Source: Candidatus Bathyarchaeota archaeon
GTDB lineage: Archaea; Thermoproteota; Bathyarchaeia; Bathyarchaeales; Bathyarchaeaceae
Direction: 5' to 3'
DNA length: 64,000 nucleotides
Assembly: GCA_963697165.1 (NCBI GenBank)
Contig: CAVOMX010000012.1
Span: forward strand, 64,001 to 128,000
Positions 11,252 through 21,902 of the stretch are shown here, piece after piece (the first letter of the stretch is position 1; the number at the start of each line of letters is the position of its first letter). Below the pieces are notes generated by a model. That model was not told where the DNA came from. It saw only the letters and a program-made list of their open reading frames with translations, and searched no databases. Both the position numbers and the translations under genes were made by a program.

Positions 11252-11866
11252 TTACTTTTTTTGTTTAAAGTTCATTCCAAGAACGTATAGTTCCGCGCTT
11301 TGTGATCTGCTAGCCTTTGGCTTGACAATCTTCACGAAACTGAAATGATGTCTTGCGTCGTAAACGAACCTGTTTGTTATGCTTCCCTGAAAGACCTTAA
11401 CAAAGAAGTTTCCTCCAGCCCTAAGAATGGATGTTGCTATCCGAAGAGAATTGGTTGCGAGGTCGATTTGCCGAGCGTGATCAAGTTCCCAGATTCCGGA
11501 GACGTTAGGCGAAATGTCCGAGACAACAACATCAGCTGAGTGTGGTAAAAACTTTAAGATATCTTGAACTGTTTTCTGTTCTCTAATGTCGCCGGTGATG
11601 GCTAGAGCGTTGGGGGCATCAAAAGGTTCTATCGGTTTCAGGTCAACCGCTAACACAAAACCTGAATCTTCTACAATTTGTATGGCCGCCTGCGTCCATC
11701 CGCCTGGGGAAGCACCTAAATCCACCACCACATCGCCAGGATTAATGAACTGGTATTTCTTTACTGCCTGAAGAAGCTTATAGGATGCACGGGAACGAAA
11801 GTTTTCCTTTTTTGCTTTCCGGTAATAATATTCTCTTTTTCGTTCATTGACCCATGCACTAGGCAA
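11252..11866 (-). CDS. rlmE: 23S rRNA 2'-O-methyltransferase RlmE/FtsJ
   Basis: FRSRASYKL, DLGASPGGW, SDISPNVSG, KVFQG, KPKASRSQSAE. Confidence 0.93.
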   Translation of the reverse strand: MPSAWVNERKREYYYRKAKKENFRSRASYKLLQAVKKYQFINPGDVVVDLGASPGGWTQAAIQIVEDSGFVLAVDLKPIEPFDAPNALAITGDIREQKTVQDILKFLPHSADVVVSDISPNVSGIWELDHARQIDLATNSLRIATSILRAGGNFFVKVFQGSITNRFVYDARHHFSFVKIVKPKASRSQSAELYVLGMNFKQKK

Positions 11867-11868
11867 AA

Positions 11869-12246
11869 CTAGTTTTCACCAGTAAGTTCCGTTTCCACTT
11901 GGTCTTGTCCTAGAATCCACGCGGTTAACCTTGGGCAGTCGTTTGGACTAATTGGGCTCCAAGCTCCGCATCTTGCATCGTTCGGGCACATCAGACAAGG
12001 AGAATCAATTATGGAATTGAGTGAAGCAGGTTTTCTTTTAGGAAAAAGGCGATAAGTCCATCTTCCCTCATAGAGTTCCTTCTCGCGGAGAATCAGCCCC
12101 TTGGTTTCCAGTTTTAGGGCAATTCTGCTGCCTTCCCTGCTAGTTGCGTCCAGTTCTCGCCAAAGTTCAGATTGAAGTACGCCATCGTTCCCGTTGTTTG
12201 AAATAAAATTTAATGCTTTGTATTCCAGTTCGTTGCGTCTAGGCAT
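11869..12246 (-). CDS. Transcription factor TFE-beta (archaeal RPC34/C39 homologue)
   Basis: Winged helix (GVLQSELWREL...SRIALKLE.KGLI.RE...GRWTY) plus C-terminal PCxxC-x5-C-x11-C..L..W Fe-S motif. Confidence 0.75.
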   Translation of the reverse strand: MPRRNELEYKALNFISNNGNDGVLQSELWRELDATSREGSRIALKLETKGLILREKELYEGRWTYRLFPKRKPASLNSIIDSPCLMCPNDARCGAWSPISPNDCPRLTAWILGQDQVETELTGEN

Positions 12247-12454
12247 CTACTTTCTGTCCTTCACGTATTCAATATTATATAGACACTTTAAGACATAAAA
12301 AGATGTGTGTTTTCTGGCTCCATTTACCTGTGTATTAGCAAAAAAGATTTCTCTCTGTTTAGTTGCTGGATGGATTACAAAACGTTTTAACACTCCCAAT
12401 CCACAATATTTCCTTGTGAACACCAAAAAAGCCGTCACCATCATAAGGTAACGG

Positions 12455-13504
12455 TTGTTGCGAGGAACCCGAAAATTGTCTGCAAATAATTCAGCAGAAT
12501 CTTACTGTTTAGGAATCGAATCCACAGCAGATGATTTCGGTGCTGCAATTGTATCTTTTGAAGGCAATGTTCTATCAAACGCGAACGACACCTACATGCC
12601 AAAGCAAGGTGGAATCCATCCACGGGAGGCTGCTAGGCACCACGCAGAAGTCTCCGAGAAAGTTCTGGCAGAAGCCTTCGAAAAAGCGTCAGTGAAGCCG
12701 CAGGACATCAGTTTAGTGGCGTTTTCTCAGGGACCCGGATTAGGTCCATGTCTCCGAACAGGCGCAACCGCAGCCCGCGCCTTAGCATCATATCTTGATG
12801 TTCCATTGGTTGGGGTCAATCATTGTGTGGGTCACATCGAAATAGGCAAACTGGCAACTGGAGCCACTGACCCCGTTACATTGTATGTTTCTGGAGGAAA
12901 CACTATAGTTTCAGCCTTCGAAGCAGGAAGATACCGAATCTTCGGGGAAACGTTAGACATTGCAATGGGTAACTGTTTGGATGTTTTTGCTCGAGCCGTA
13001 GGCTTACAGCAGAGGCGTGGTGCACCTTTTGGAGCTGTAGTTGAAGAGCTGGCGCGTAAGGGCAAAAACTTTGTTTCTCTTCCGTATGTCGTGAAGGGTA
13101 TGGATCTGTCTTTTAGTGGGCTTCTTACCGCGGCTGTGCAGGCGTTTCAATTAAAGAAGGGCTCATTGGAGGATATCTGTTTCAGTCTTCAGGAGGTTGC
13201 CTTTTCCATGTTGGCTGAGGTTACTGAACGGGCTTTGGCTCACACACAAAAGCCTGAAGTCCTATTAACTGGGGGTGTAGCCGCTAACAAAAAGCTGCAG
13301 TCGATGCTTCAAGTGATTGCGGATGAACATGGTGCCCGTTTCTGTGCTGTTCCCCTGAAGCTTGCCACAGACAACGGCGCTATGATTGCATGGGCAGGTA
13401 TTCTTGCGTATGGGAGCGGGTTGTCTACGCCTGTGGAAAAAAGTTTTGTTAATGTTAAGTGGCGCTTGGAGGACGTTTATGCCCCTTGGGTTGAGGGAAA
13501 ATAG
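12455..13504 (+). CDS. kae1: KEOPS t6A synthase Kae1 (start uncertain)
   Basis: LGIESTAD, GGIHPREAARHH, GPGLGPCL, NHCVGHIE, VSGGNT, DNGAMIA. Confidence 0.95.
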   Translation: MLRGTRKLSANNSAESYCLGIESTADDFGAAIVSFEGNVLSNANDTYMPKQGGIHPREAARHHAEVSEKVLAEAFEKASVKPQDISLVAFSQGPGLGPCLRTGATAARALASYLDVPLVGVNHCVGHIEIGKLATGATDPVTLYVSGGNTIVSAFEAGRYRIFGETLDIAMGNCLDVFARAVGLQQRRGAPFGAVVEELARKGKNFVSLPYVVKGMDLSFSGLLTAAVQAFQLKKGSLEDICFSLQEVAFSMLAEVTERALAHTQKPEVLLTGGVAANKKLQSMLQVIADEHGARFCAVPLKLATDNGAMIAWAGILAYGSGLSTPVEKSFVNVKWRLEDVYAPWVEGK

Positions 13505-13505
13505 T

Positions 13506-14145
13506 ATGGTGCTGATTAAGAAGGGAGCCGAAGCAAGTCTATACTTGGAAACGTGGCATGACCGCAAAGTCATCATGAAGCGGCGGTTGCCCAAGAAGTA
13601 TCGTATTCCAGAATTGGACCTGCTGATTCGTTCTCAGCGGACAATTCATGAGCCTCACCTTATCCACAATGCTAAGGAGGCGGGGGTTCCTACGCCCACA
13701 ATTTTTATGGTTGACGTTGCAGATGCCAACATCATAATGGAGTTTGTGGAAGGAAAACAGGTCAAAGAAGTGCTAGACAACGTTTCTGCGGAAGAACGGC
13801 TAAGCTTGTGTATTCTTATTGGTACGACTGATTGGGCGGCTCCACAAGCACGGAATCATCCACGGTGATCTCACAACCTCAAACATGATTCTGACACCAT
13901 ATCGCAAGGTTGTCTTAGTTGATTTTGGTTTAAGCGAAAGGTCAGTGGAGCTAGAGCCGAAAGGGGTGGATCTTCATCTCATGAAACGGACTCTCCAGAG
14001 CAGCCATTACAAGCACGCAAAAGAGTGCTTCAAAGCAGTCATGAGCGGCTATGCTGAATCTGTGGGAACGGAAGAGGCAAAAAAGGTTATCGCGAAGGTT
14101 CGTGAGATAGAAAAGAGAGGACGCTACGTTGCCGACAGGGAATAA
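13506..14145 (+). CDS. bud32: KEOPS kinase/ATPase Bud32; frameshift ~13825
   Basis: KGAEA, K-x-R-x-x-K-x-YR, IHGDLTTSN, DFGL, IEKRGRY; follows kae1. Confidence 0.92.
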
Positions 14146-14218
14146 TTAAACTTTCACTAAAAGTTGACAAAGGCTCTAAATATGGTGAAGTCGTTACGTT
14201 ACGATTCATTGAGGTGAT

Positions 14219-14506
14219 TTGTTGAGGATTCTGCTTGACGAGATGTTCGCTGGCTTGAAAGAGTATTTTGAGATTCTAGGCTGGGATGTTATAACCGCCC
14301 AAGAGGCGGGGCTAAGAGGAGCAAAAGACAGAGCCGTTGTGGAGTATGCTGTAAAAAATGATTTGCTTCTTGTGACTGAGGACCAGAAGCCTGCGGAGTT
14401 GATGAATCTCAAGGGAGCCAAGTACGTTCTTATCTCTAATGCGATGATCGCCAAAATAGCGGACGAAAAAATCAGAGAAAAATATCCCGACCTCAAACAG
14501 AAATAA
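14219..14506 (+). CDS. PIN-like (DUF5615/Mut7-C type) protein
   Basis: RILLDEM...GWDV...GAKD..V..YA...LLVTED pattern. Confidence 0.7.
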   Translation: MLRILLDEMFAGLKEYFEILGWDVITAQEAGLRGAKDRAVVEYAVKNDLLLVTEDQKPAELMNLKGAKYVLISNAMIAKIADEKIREKYPDLKQK

Positions 14507-14582
14507 GCAGCATAACTATTTGTCCATAAAACATTAAATGGTATGCATACAAAATGTTGCATCAACTCTTTAAATTCAAGGG

Positions 14583-15206
14583 ATGATGGCAATGAAACAA
14601 AAAACATGCTTTCCATCAGAGTTTCCGAGAGGTAAAGTAGCCTATTTTGTAACAAGTAACATTCACAAGTTTCAGGAAGCCCAACTTGTCCTCTCTGAAT
14701 ACAAGATTGCAGTCGCCAAACTCAGAGTAGAGGCAGTTGAGATTCAGGATGACAGTCTAGAAAACATCGCAAAATTCAGCATCCAAGATGCCGTAAAAAA
14801 CTGTGGGCTGCCCGTTTTTGTGGAGGACGCTGGACTCTTTGTTGAGGCTTTAAACGGTTTTCCCGGACCCTACTCCAAGTATGTTTACAACACGGTTGGA
14901 GTCAAGGGCATCCTCAAACTAATGAAAAATATTGAAAACCGCAAGGCCTACTTCATGTCCGTTGTTGCCTTTGGCAGCCCAGATGAGCAACCAACATGTT
15001 TTGTCGGCAAAGTGAATGGAACACTTTCTTTGCAGGAGATGGGCACTTCCGGCTTTGGTTATGACCCCATATTTGTGCCGTCAAAGGGCGATGGCAGAAC
15101 CTTTGCCAAGATGACGACAACAGAAAAAAATGGGTATTCGCATCGGGCTGAGGCTCTAAGAAAGTTTGCTTTATGGTATTCTTCCTTTAACAAACGAAGA
15201 TTTTAA
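14583..15206 (+). CDS. rdgB: XTP/dITP diphosphatase (RdgB/HAM1); true start may be downstream
   Basis: TSNIHKF.E, EDAGL, GFPGPYS, GFGYDPIF, SHRAEA. Confidence 0.93.
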   Translation: MMAMKQKTCFPSEFPRGKVAYFVTSNIHKFQEAQLVLSEYKIAVAKLRVEAVEIQDDSLENIAKFSIQDAVKNCGLPVFVEDAGLFVEALNGFPGPYSKYVYNTVGVKGILKLMKNIENRKAYFMSVVAFGSPDEQPTCFVGKVNGTLSLQEMGTSGFGYDPIFVPSKGDGRTFAKMTTTEKNGYSHRAEALRKFALWYSSFNKRRF

Positions 15207-15254
15207 ATACCCGCGTCCCCTCCGCCTTTAGAGAGCTTCCGGAGAAGAAGAAAC

Positions 15255-15695
15255 ATGCCGAAACAAGAAAAGGGTATATCCCATCAAACAAGACCCGTTA
15301 CCAAGAGACCACCAGCATGGTGCAGATACACAGCTGAAGAAGTGGAGGCTCTTATCCTGAAGTTGTTCAAAGAGGGATTTCCCCCTAGCAAGATAGGAAT
15401 CATTCTTCGTGACCAGCATGGTGTTCCATTAGCGAAACCCATCATCGGAAAATCTGTTACTGAAGTTCTTAAAGAACGGAAAGTGTTCTCGTCTCTTCCA
15501 GAAGATTTAGAAAATCTTCTACGAAAGGCTACTAGCCTTCATGTTCACTACGACAAAAACAAGGCAGATTTACATAACAAAAGGGCGCTCCAGATAGTGG
15601 AAGCAAAAATATACAAACTCTCCAGATACTACAAAAAACGAGGCGTGCTTGCTTCGGACTGGAAATACTCACCAAAGGCAATCGCCCTTTTCTAA
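15255..15695 (+). CDS. rps15: 30S ribosomal protein uS15
   Basis: IGIILRDQHGVP, LPEDL..L, DLHNKRAL...EAKI..L..YYK. Confidence 0.95.
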   Translation: MPKQEKGISHQTRPVTKRPPAWCRYTAEEVEALILKLFKEGFPPSKIGIILRDQHGVPLAKPIIGKSVTEVLKERKVFSSLPEDLENLLRKATSLHVHYDKNKADLHNKRALQIVEAKIYKLSRYYKKRGVLASDWKYSPKAIALF

Positions 15696-16636
15696 TTTGG
15701 GGTTAACTATTGTCTAACAGTTCCCGAATAATCAATAAAATATCGTAAACTGTCAAGTCTAGAAATAAAATTACTACTTTCGGACGTGACTCTCAAAAGT
15801 GCTGTACCCATAATTAGACATGAAATATTACTGGAATTGGATTGCATTTATCTTTAGAATTTAACTGTGATTGTACACTAGATAATTTAATGTTGCTTTT
15901 TTTGATAAGAAACAGAACCTTGAAAGGAACTGTTAATAATATTTTCATGTTCCATTATTTCTTATACTAGTTAATCACAAATTGATATTCCGTTAATCAA
16001 TTGTTACTGATAATAAGTGGAAAGCAGTACCCCAACTAATCTAAAACTAGCTTTATCTCCCCCTGATGGCTCAGTTTTATTTTTTTTATTACAAGTTAGG
16101 TTACTGCATTCCTAGAAAATAGTATAATGAATTATCCGTTGTAAAATCAAAGTTTGCTAATTGAACCAATAAAAGCCTCAATGCCAGAGTAAGCAACTAC
16201 CAACTAGAAAGTATTAAATTAAAGTCTCCTAACAAGCTGAATTATTTTTTTATATTGAGACTTATTCTATAATGAAATTCCAGAAGGCTTATGTACTGTG
16301 ATCTAAGGTTGTAGCATGTAGTAGGGTAAAAATCTTTATTGAGAGATGAAAATTCCTTCCACCTACCACATACTACATTTTGACTTGTTTTATTAATCAT
16401 ATTTCATTCTTGTTAATCTTGAATTAAGTTTACTATACACTGTTTTGTAGAACGGAAATAGAGCAGCACATCTATACGCACCTTCAGATAGACTCCTTAA
16501 CTAAGAGAGTAATAGTCTACAAAAAAGATTTAATATTCTCTGTCTTATCTCAAGTCTGGATGATTACAAATGTCCTTTAGAAGAGCAAAGAAAGTACCGT
16601 TATTACTCTGTGATTTAACTAAAAATGTGAAAAATA

Positions 16637-18091
16637 ATGTCTGTGAGTAAGCAACAGATTGCCGACCTCACAAAAGATTCAGTTGAGGCGGCTAAGCTTA
16701 TTTTAGACCATGTTGAAAAAGGCGACCTTATTCATGTTTCTTCTCATGTTGACGCTGACGGTTTATCCGCAGGGGGCATCATGGGAAAGGCTCTGCTTCG
16801 GGCAGGAGCAAAGTTTCGTTTACGACTAGAACGGTGGATGGACGAGAAGGTTGCCGATAGGATAGCCAACGAAAATGCGGCTTTAACAATTTTTACTGAC
16901 ATGGGAAGCGGCTACCTTGATCTGCTGGGCGAAAGGCTAGCAAACAGGGACGTAATCATTCTTGACCATCATCAGCCCATCACAGAGATTCCTTCAGGAT
17001 TTGTTCAAGTTAATCCACATACTCATGGAATAGATGGAACCCGCGACATCAGCGGCGCCGGTGTCGCCTACTTTGCCGCGAAAGCAATGGATAAAAAGAA
17101 CATTGATTTGGCTTGTCTTGCGGTGGTGGGGGCGTTAGGTGATTTGCAAGACAAGAATAATGAGCGAAAGTTGAGGGGCGCAAACACGGTTATTCTAGAT
17201 GATGCTGTTAAGTCGGGTTGTCTTGAGGTCGAAACTGATCTGCTGTTTTTTGGGCGAGAAACACGTCCTATTCATCAGGCTCTTGCTCGCACAACAAACC
17301 CGTTTATTCCCGAGATAAGCGGAGAAGAGGACCAGAGTCTTGCTTTTCTCGTAAATTTGGGGATTAAGCCTAAGCGGAATGACAAGTGGCGGGCTTTACG
17401 TGACCTTTCTGGTGACGAGAAGAAGACGCTGCTTTCTGCTATTGCGGATCATTTGGTGTCAAAGGGTTTAGCCGGGGACATCGCATTTGATTTGGTGGGC
17501 GATGTTTACACGTTGACTTATGAGGAGCCTTGGACTCCTCTGCGTGATGCTAGAGAATTTTCTGTCCTGCTTAATGCTACGGGACGCATGGACAAGGCTG
17601 GGTTAGGTGCGGCTATCTGTATGGGCGACAGAAAGAAGTGCCTAGAAGAGGCAACTGAGGTGATACAGGCTTATCGGGGCACCATTACCAAGTATCTTCG
17701 TTGGATTACTGAGAATCCGGAACGACTCGAGGAGTTGGACAGCATCTATGTGGTGCGGGGGGACGGCTTTATTGACGAGAAGGTTCTAAGTCCCGTATGC
17801 ACTATCCTATCGACTACTCTTACTAAGCTGGGAAAACCCATCATCGCTTATGCCACTATCTCAGAGGAGGATCAAGTTAAAGTGTCATCTAGAGGGTCAG
17901 AGCCACTAATACAGAAAGGCTTGAATCTTGGAGCCATCATGCAGTTTGCGGCGGAGAAGTATTCTGGCAGAGGTGGAGGACACGACGTTGCCGCTGGAGC
18001 CCAGGTGCCCATCAATGATGTGGAAGCATTCATCAAGCTTGTTAATGAACTAGTTAAGAAGCAGTTGGCGGGAGAAACAATTGGATGCTGA
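16637..18091 (+). CDS. DHH-family phosphoesterase, archaeal RecJ-like
   Basis: HVDADG, TDMGSG, LDHH, SGAG, GALGD, GGGHDVAAG; conserved rps15-recJ-pcc1 order. Confidence 0.88.
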   Translation: MSVSKQQIADLTKDSVEAAKLILDHVEKGDLIHVSSHVDADGLSAGGIMGKALLRAGAKFRLRLERWMDEKVADRIANENAALTIFTDMGSGYLDLLGERLANRDVIILDHHQPITEIPSGFVQVNPHTHGIDGTRDISGAGVAYFAAKAMDKKNIDLACLAVVGALGDLQDKNNERKLRGANTVILDDAVKSGCLEVETDLLFFGRETRPIHQALARTTNPFIPEISGEEDQSLAFLVNLGIKPKRNDKWRALRDLSGDEKKTLLSAIADHLVSKGLAGDIAFDLVGDVYTLTYEEPWTPLRDAREFSVLLNATGRMDKAGLGAAICMGDRKKCLEEATEVIQAYRGTITKYLRWITENPERLEELDSIYVVRGDGFIDEKVLSPVCTILSTTLTKLGKPIIAYATISEEDQVKVSSRGSEPLIQKGLNLGAIMQFAAEKYSGRGGGHDVAAGAQVPINDVEAFIKLVNELVKKQLAGETIGC

Positions 18092-18323
18092 AATTCGCTT
18101 ATCCTACAAGAATGAACGTGAAGCAGAGGCAGTTTCGAAGGCTGTTTCTCCAGATAATGTGGAGATTCCGTTAGGATTGTACATCAAAACAGTGAGAAAC
18201 GGCTCCGAAGTCAATACAAAAATAAAATGCCAAACTAGGCTGGCGACGCTAATAGCCACTATCGACGACCTTTTGGCGTGTGTTTCAGTAGCAGAAAAAA
18301 CATTCAAAGTAGCAAAAAAATAG
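18081..18323 (+). CDS. pcc1: KEOPS subunit Pcc1
   Basis: 80 aa; A..V..AVSPDN...L.AT.DDLL pattern; overlaps the recJ-like stop as in other archaea. Confidence 0.8.
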   Translation: MDAEIRLSYKNEREAEAVSKAVSPDNVEIPLGLYIKTVRNGSEVNTKIKCQTRLATLIATIDDLLACVSVAEKTFKVAKK

Positions 18324-18820
18324 CCACTCTACTGAGTGCCGTTGAAATTAGGAGATAAATTCACAGAATAATACAATATTTGTAATTGCATGTAATTGTT
18401 TTGGAAAAAATGCTAACAATCAAAGCAAGCGTCCCCTACATAAGTTGCCACAGGTGGTTGCAACAATTAAGACCAAAACTAGTTTGCGAATAAAAAGGGA
18501 GTTAACACAAATTCATAATTTATTCGTGTTATTTTCCCATCTTTTGGTCATGTTTCTTCTTTTTTTGTTTGTTCTTTTTTGCTAATGATGGCATATATTT
18601 CACCTGCTAGAAATGCTTTCAATTAATGACAATACTGAAGATGCCTATATACTTTGATAAGCAAAACGAAATGGTTCGTTCAAATCAGCAATCATATTGG
18701 GATACTAATAAAAGCTGATTGTTGAAAACAGTCTTTTTTCAGAAAAACCGCCATAATCTATCCCGTATACTTCAACTTTAATAATCTCCTGCCCATTTTT
18801 TAGCTTCTGAGGCAGCAAAG

Positions 18821-19620
18821 ATGGACAACTGGAGACTACTCAAACTCCAAACAGCAGACGCCTTCACAAACATGGCAGTCGACGAAGCAATAATGAAAGC
18901 AAGAATCGAAGACAGAGTACCCAACACCCTCAGACTCTACCAATGGAGGCCCTCAGCCGTTTCCATAGGACGCTTCCAAACCTTAGCAGACGAAATCCAC
19001 GTAGACAACTGCAAAAAACATGGCGTAGACATTGTAAGAAGAATCACAGGCGGCGGAGCCGTATACCACGACCAAAACGGAGAAATCACCTACAGCATAA
19101 TAGCCAAAACAAGTGACCTAGGACTGCAAAGACCTAGACATGCTCTCTGCATACCAGAAAATATGCAGCGGACTAAACGAAGCAGTCAAAATCCTCGGAA
19201 CCAAAGCCGAATATCGTCCACCAGACCCAAAACGGTGCCCAAACCTCACAATAAGCGGAAAAAAAATTTCCGGAAATGCCCAATCATCCAAAAAAGGCAT
19301 ACTGCTTCAGCATGGAACCTTTCTGTTAGACATAGACCACGAAAAAATGTTCACTTTCCTTAGGGTTCCTTGGGCAAAAACATTAGATGACGTGCTTGCA
19401 GTCTCAAAAAGAAAGTTGACCTCTGCAAGGCAAGAGCTTGATTCAAACTTTTCTAACCAAGAGGCCTACCGAGCATTAGTTAAAGGCTTTGAAAAAGCAC
19501 TAAATGTGCAGTTTGTGGAAGAAGAACTCACAGAATACGAACAAAAACTCGCCGAAAAATATAGAAAAGAAAGGTTTGTGACCGAGGAGTTGGACTTTCC
19601 TCGGTAAAGCATCAGTTTAG
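18821..19620 (+). CDS. Lipoate-protein ligase / octanoyltransferase catalytic domain (LplA/LipM-like); frameshifts ~19120 and ~19590
   Basis: NMAVDEAI, TLRLYQW, RRITGGGAVYHD, KKISGNAQ, LQHGT; no LplB C-terminal domain. Confidence 0.88.
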
Positions 19621-19629
19621 CTGCGTTTT

Positions 19630-21653
19630 CTACAGTAGCGCATATAAGACTATTGTTTCAGCAAACACTGAAGCTACCAGAGACATCACTGTTATCAACG
19701 TGTTCAGTGAAGGTCCTGCAGTGTCTTTGAATGGATCTCCAACAGTGTCACCTACAACAGCAGCTTTGTGAGTCTCTGAACCTTTACCACCAAAAGCTCC
19801 AGCTTCAACATACTTCTTAGCATTGTCCCATAATCCGCCTGCATTAGACATCAACAGAGCAAAGATAAGTCCCGAGAAGATGCTGCCTGCCAAATAGCCA
19901 CCAAGAGCCTGTATGCCGCCAATGAAACCTACCGCCAATGTAACAGTAATAGACATAACGCTTGGAAGGATCAACTCTTTTAGTGCACCTTTCGTGGCTA
20001 TGTCAATACAAGAGTTGTAATCTGGTTTCACGCCTTCTTTGCCTTCTTTCAGACCCGGAATATCTCTGAACTGTCTCCTGATTTCTTCAATCATCCTGAA
20101 CGCATTTTTGCCAACACTGAGCATAACCAAAGCTGAAAACACCGCAGGTATTGCAATACCAATGAGCGCACCAGTCAAAACTAAGGGATCCATCAGGTTG
20201 AAACTGATTACTTTTCCAGTTGCGTTTTGAACTATTTGTTGGAATGCTGCAAGCAACGCAATTACTGTTAATCCTGCTGCTCCAATCGCAAATCCTTTTG
20301 TTATAGCCTTGGAAGTGTTGCCCGCGGCGTCAAGCTTGGCAGTGACATCAAGAACTTCCTCTTCTAATCCTGCCTGCTCGGCAATTCCTCCTGCGTTGTC
20401 TGCGATAGGACCATAAGCGTCTCCAGCTACAATCATTCCAACAATAGATAACATTCCAACTGCTGCCATGCCAATTCCGTAAACACCTGAAACTCCATAT
20501 GCTTCTGCTACTGTATACGCTCCAAAAGACGCCAATGCAATTCCTAGAAGCGGCGGAAACATGCTTAGTAATCCGTAAGAAAAGCCTGTGATTATGTTAA
20601 CCGCAGCGCCAGTTTGTGACGCTTCGGCTGTTTTAAGTACTGGAGTTTTGTCTATTGAAGTGAAGTAGTCTGTTGTTATTCCAATAACAACTCCTGCACC
20701 CAATCCGATAACAGCTGCTGCCCAGATGCCGAAGTTAATGCCCATATACTGTGTCACACCAAATGTTATGGCACCGAACAAGATGCATGTCAAGTATGTT
20801 CCCCAATTGAGAGCTTTTCCAGGATTGCCTTTTTTACCCACACGAACCATGGCAACTCCCAAAATTGAAGCCACAATTCCTAATCCCGCAAATATCAGTG
20901 GAACATTGACCAACATGTTATCGAAGGAAGCTAATCCAGGGATAACACCCAATATCATTACAGCCACAATGCTTGCTACATAGGAGTCAAAAAGGTCCGC
21001 TCCCATTCCTGCAACGTCACCAACGTTGTCGCCAACATTGTCCGCTATTACTCCTGGGTTTCGGGGATCATCTTCTGGTATGTTCATTTCCACTTTGCCT
21101 ACAAGATCTGCTCCAACATCAGCAGTTTTTGTGTAGATTCCTCCACCCACCTTCGCAAATAATGCCATGGCACTTGCTCCAAAGCTGAAGCCCAGAACTA
21201 TTGTTGGGTCAGCAGTGAAGAAGTAAACAGCACTTAGACCAAGGAGGGCTAATCCAACTACCGCTAATCCCATAACTGCTCCTCCACGGAAAGCTATGGG
21301 AAATGCTTTGTTTAGTCCCTGTTTTGCTGCAAAGGCTGATTTGACGTTTGCTTTTAGTGCAACTGTCATTCCCAAGAATCCTGCCAATGCAGAACATATT
21401 GAACCAAAAACGTAAGCTACTGCCATAATTGGGTTTAGAAATATCGCCAAGACGTGGCTACTACTGCAACGAACACTGCAAGATACTTGAACTCCACTTT
21501 CAGGAATGCTTTGGCACCTTCTTGTATGGCGCCCGCAATTTCCTTCATTTTGTCGGTTCCGCTACTTTGTTTGTTTATGTAGAAATAGAGATAGATTGCA
21601 ACTAGTATCGATACTACTGCAGTAATCGGCGCAATTGTCCAATCAATCATCAT
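19630..21653 (-). CDS. hppA: Membrane-bound ion-translocating pyrophosphatase; frameshift ~21445
   Basis: GGGIYTKTADVGADLVGKVE, EDDPRNP, DNVGDNVGD, DAAGNTSKAITKGF, GDTVGDPFKDTAGPS. Confidence 0.95.
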
Positions 21654-21902
21654 CGTAATTTACACATCCTCGTTTTAGAAGTATTACGATCTTAGCTTGT
21701 TTGTTTTAAGTTTTTCGTAGAAGTGTTCAACTGTATTGATTGATTCCTCCCTTTTTGCCATGTGTGCTCAAATTTTGAATCCACATTTCAGACTTTAGTA
21801 TGTTTGTTAGAAAATTTTTACATAAAATCTAAGAAACGCTTTTTAGTAGATTACTTCCACCTTAAACATCTAATCTTCAGCGTCAGTAAACAGGCGGTTG
21901 AA

